DNA of 64,000 nucleotides, taken from assembly GCA_965203295.1 (NCBI GenBank), contig CBDBCZ010000019.1:2208001-2272000 (forward strand), in the 5' to 3' direction. The notes beneath the pieces are model-generated. The model saw nothing but the letters and a program-made list of their open reading frames with translations. It was not told the DNA's origin and searched no databases. The stretch is from Nitrospirales bacterium. Lineage in GTDB: Bacteria; Nitrospirota; Nitrospiria; Nitrospirales; UBA8639. Below, piece by piece: positions 62,055 through 64,000 of this stretch (positions are counted from its first letter, which is position 1; each line of letters opens with the position of its first letter). The position numbers and the translations under genes are program-made.

Positions 62055-62914
62055 AGTACGCTTTTATTCATGCACATCGTCAGGAGTTCCGCGTGACGCG
62101 GCTGTGTCACACCCTACAAGTTAGTCGCAGTGGATTTTATGCGTGGCAGCAGCGCCCTGAAAGTCGCCGGGGGCAACAGAATCGGGATTTGGTGGACCGG
62201 ATGCAAGTCCTGCATCAACAAACGCGAGAAGCCTACGGGGCCCGGAAGATGTGGCACTTGTTGAAGAGCGAAAGCCAGGAGTATGGCCGGCATCGGGTCG
62301 CCCGCTTGCGGCAGCTGGCAGGAATCGTAGCGCGGCGGCGCCAACGCTTTGTCCGGACAATACAGGCGCGGCCGGAGAAAGTCTTCATTCCCAACCACCT
62401 GGATCGCCAGTTCACGGTCGCGGAGAAAAACCGCGTGTGGGCCTCGGATCTCACCTACATGCCCACCCGCGCCGGATGGTTGTATCTTGCCGTCCTGCTC
62501 GATCTCTATTCCCGTCGCGTGGTGGGTTGGAGTATGAGTGAGCGGCAGAGTGCCACGCTTGTGGTGGATGCCTGGCGGATGGCTTGGCTGCAACGGCAAC
62601 CCGGCACGGGCTTACCCCACCACAGTGATCAAGGGAACCAGTATACGGCGAGTCTGTATCGCACGTTGCTGACCCGTCGCGGTGTGGTGCTGAGTTTGAG
62701 TCGCAAGGGCAACTGTTATGACAATGCGGTGGTGGAAAGTTTTTTCAGCACGCTCAAGAACGAACTGACGCACCATCAGCCGTTTCAAGACCGAACCGAA
62801 GCTCGTCGGGCGATCTTTGAGTATATCGAGGGATTCTATAACCGCAAGCGGCTCCACCAGACGTTGGGGTATCGCAGTCCCGAAAAATTCGAACAGCATG
62901 CCGGTGACTCTTAA
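62051..62914 (+). CDS. IS3 transposase OrfB (DDE integrase core)
   Basis: WASDLTY, DLYSRRVVGW, HHSDQGNQY and CYDNAVVESFF motifs. Confidence 0.93.
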   Translation: MKYAFIHAHRQEFRVTRLCHTLQVSRSGFYAWQQRPESRRGQQNRDLVDRMQVLHQQTREAYGARKMWHLLKSESQEYGRHRVARLRQLAGIVARRRQRFVRTIQARPEKVFIPNHLDRQFTVAEKNRVWASDLTYMPTRAGWLYLAVLLDLYSRRVVGWSMSERQSATLVVDAWRMAWLQRQPGTGLPHHSDQGNQYTASLYRTLLTRRGVVLSLSRKGNCYDNAVVESFFSTLKNELTHHQPFQDRTEARRAIFEYIEGFYNRKRLHQTLGYRSPEKFEQHAGDS

Positions 62915-63295
62915 CTTCGTGTCTGTTTTTTTAGGGTCACCTCATTATGTTTTGGGAGCGAATTTAGAGAAGAAGACGTACTGGCTTAGGAAGAGTTACC
63001 GGTTGCGAAGATTTGGTGGGAAGAAGAACAGGATTGGGCGAAGAAAGCGGTAATGGAGACTACGTCGCCGTCAAATAGCTATCAACTCCTCTCTTACCCC
63101 TGATGTGGAAGCTGAAGACCTCACGTTCCCTGTTGGAGCGACTCTCGGTTTCGGTATACATTAGATATACTTGTTTGCGACAGTTTTCGAGGCATTCCGG
63201 TGTTAATCCTCGAATCCTCTATCCGTCTTGGACTGAGCTGGCGAATGCAAGTCCGTATTGATGCCACTTCAAAGACCGCAGAGTAGAAAAACACG

Positions 63296-64000
63296 ATGAA
63301 GACGATCGATGAGTTGTTGATAGCCGACGCACCACAGGCGCTTGCTATAGAAGTGACCAGCAAATTTAACTTAACGTGCAAGATGTGCCCGCTGACCACA
63401 GGCAACACGTTATCTAGTACCAATCCGGACGATATGACGATGGTCTTGTGGCATGACGTTTTACCACTTGCCAAACGTTATAGAAACGTGATTCTTACTG
63501 GCTACGGTGAGCCATTGTTGAACCCACACTTCTTACCTATGCTAAGAGAGCTAAACCAGGCACAGGTCAACTTCTCAGTAACCACCAATGGCACGCCCAT
63601 CACCAAATCCGTTGCTCTGGAGCTGGCGTCACTTGAGTCTATGAACCAACTTACTGTCTCTATTGATTCACCCGAGAGAGACAGTTACCGCTCTATTCGA
63701 GGGGGAGATGTCGAAAAGGCGTTGAAGGGCGTGAAGAACCTGATGGCAACCATTAGAGATCCGAATAGGGTTACCCTGTCAGTGGTTCTCATGAAGCACA
63801 ACATCAAAGATTTGATAAATTTTCCCGCTCTTCTCGCCGAGTTCGGAGTTCGAAGGTTCGATCTCCAGATACTGGCGAACTACAACCCCTTATGCCCCGA
63901 GTACCAATTGATCCATAACCATGAGTTGTTTGCGCACATAGATGAGATCAAGCGGCGGTGTGAAGAAGTGAGTCTTGAACTCAAGATGGACCCTGCCTAT
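63296..64000 (+). CDS. Radical SAM protein (runs off the right edge) with a degenerate cluster motif
   Basis: Manual translation gives IEVTSKFNLTCKMC...LTGYGEPLL...TTNG...VSIDS; open to the window end. Confidence 0.8.
   Translation, partial: MKTIDELLIADAPQALAIEVTSKFNLTCKMCPLTTGNTLSSTNPDDMTMVLWHDVLPLAKRYRNVILTGYGEPLLNPHFLPMLRELNQAQVNFSVTTNGTPITKSVALELASLESMNQLTVSIDSPERDSYRSIRGGDVEKALKGVKNLMATIRDPNRVTLSVVLMKHNIKDLINFPALLAEFGVRRFDLQILANYNPLCPEYQLIHNHELFAHIDEIKRRCEEVSLELKMDPAY

Larger units (their letters stand above)
61698..62944 (+). mobile_element. IS3-family insertion sequence (degenerate)
   Basis: 26-bp imperfect terminal IRs (TGAGGTG...CAGACAC, 20/26 identical), TG...CA ends, orfA/orfB layout; no clean target-site duplication. 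Confidence 0.92.

Noticed and set aside
62945..63111. Trp-rich short frame upstream of the radical SAM gene as a RiPP precursor
   Set aside because: It has no clear start or RBS, contains an internal stop and is cut by the IS; more likely a gene remnant.

Overview
This is a bacterial chromosome segment. Gene content and order (shc, lnt-prfB-lysS-lolE-lolD, gap-pgk-tpiA-secG, rplU-rpmA-obgE-proB-nadD-rsfS-bioB, two-domain ThyX, SmbP, multiheme cytochrome) are most consistent with a Nitrospirota/Nitrospira-like organism, which is an inference. Most of the window is intact housekeeping DNA, but three things stand out. (1) A gammaproteobacterial-style serC sits inside the fossil of an older class-V aminotransferase gene whose decayed N- and C-terminal coding remnants still flank it, which looks like an in-situ gene displacement in the serC-serA operon. 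(2) About ten accessory genes carry nonsense codons, frameshifts or a lost catalytic residue while core genes are clean, a signature of ongoing genome erosion. (3) A ~2.7 kb GC-rich single-gene island encoding a secreted ~790-aa coiled-coil orphan lies between two divergent promoters. Also present are a programmed +1 frameshift in prfB, tRNA-Arg(ACG), a degenerate IS3-family element, REP/MITE-like structured repeats, and a pentaheme cytochrome c-rhodanese-SmbP cluster. All calls come from reading motifs by eye; no database searches were run.
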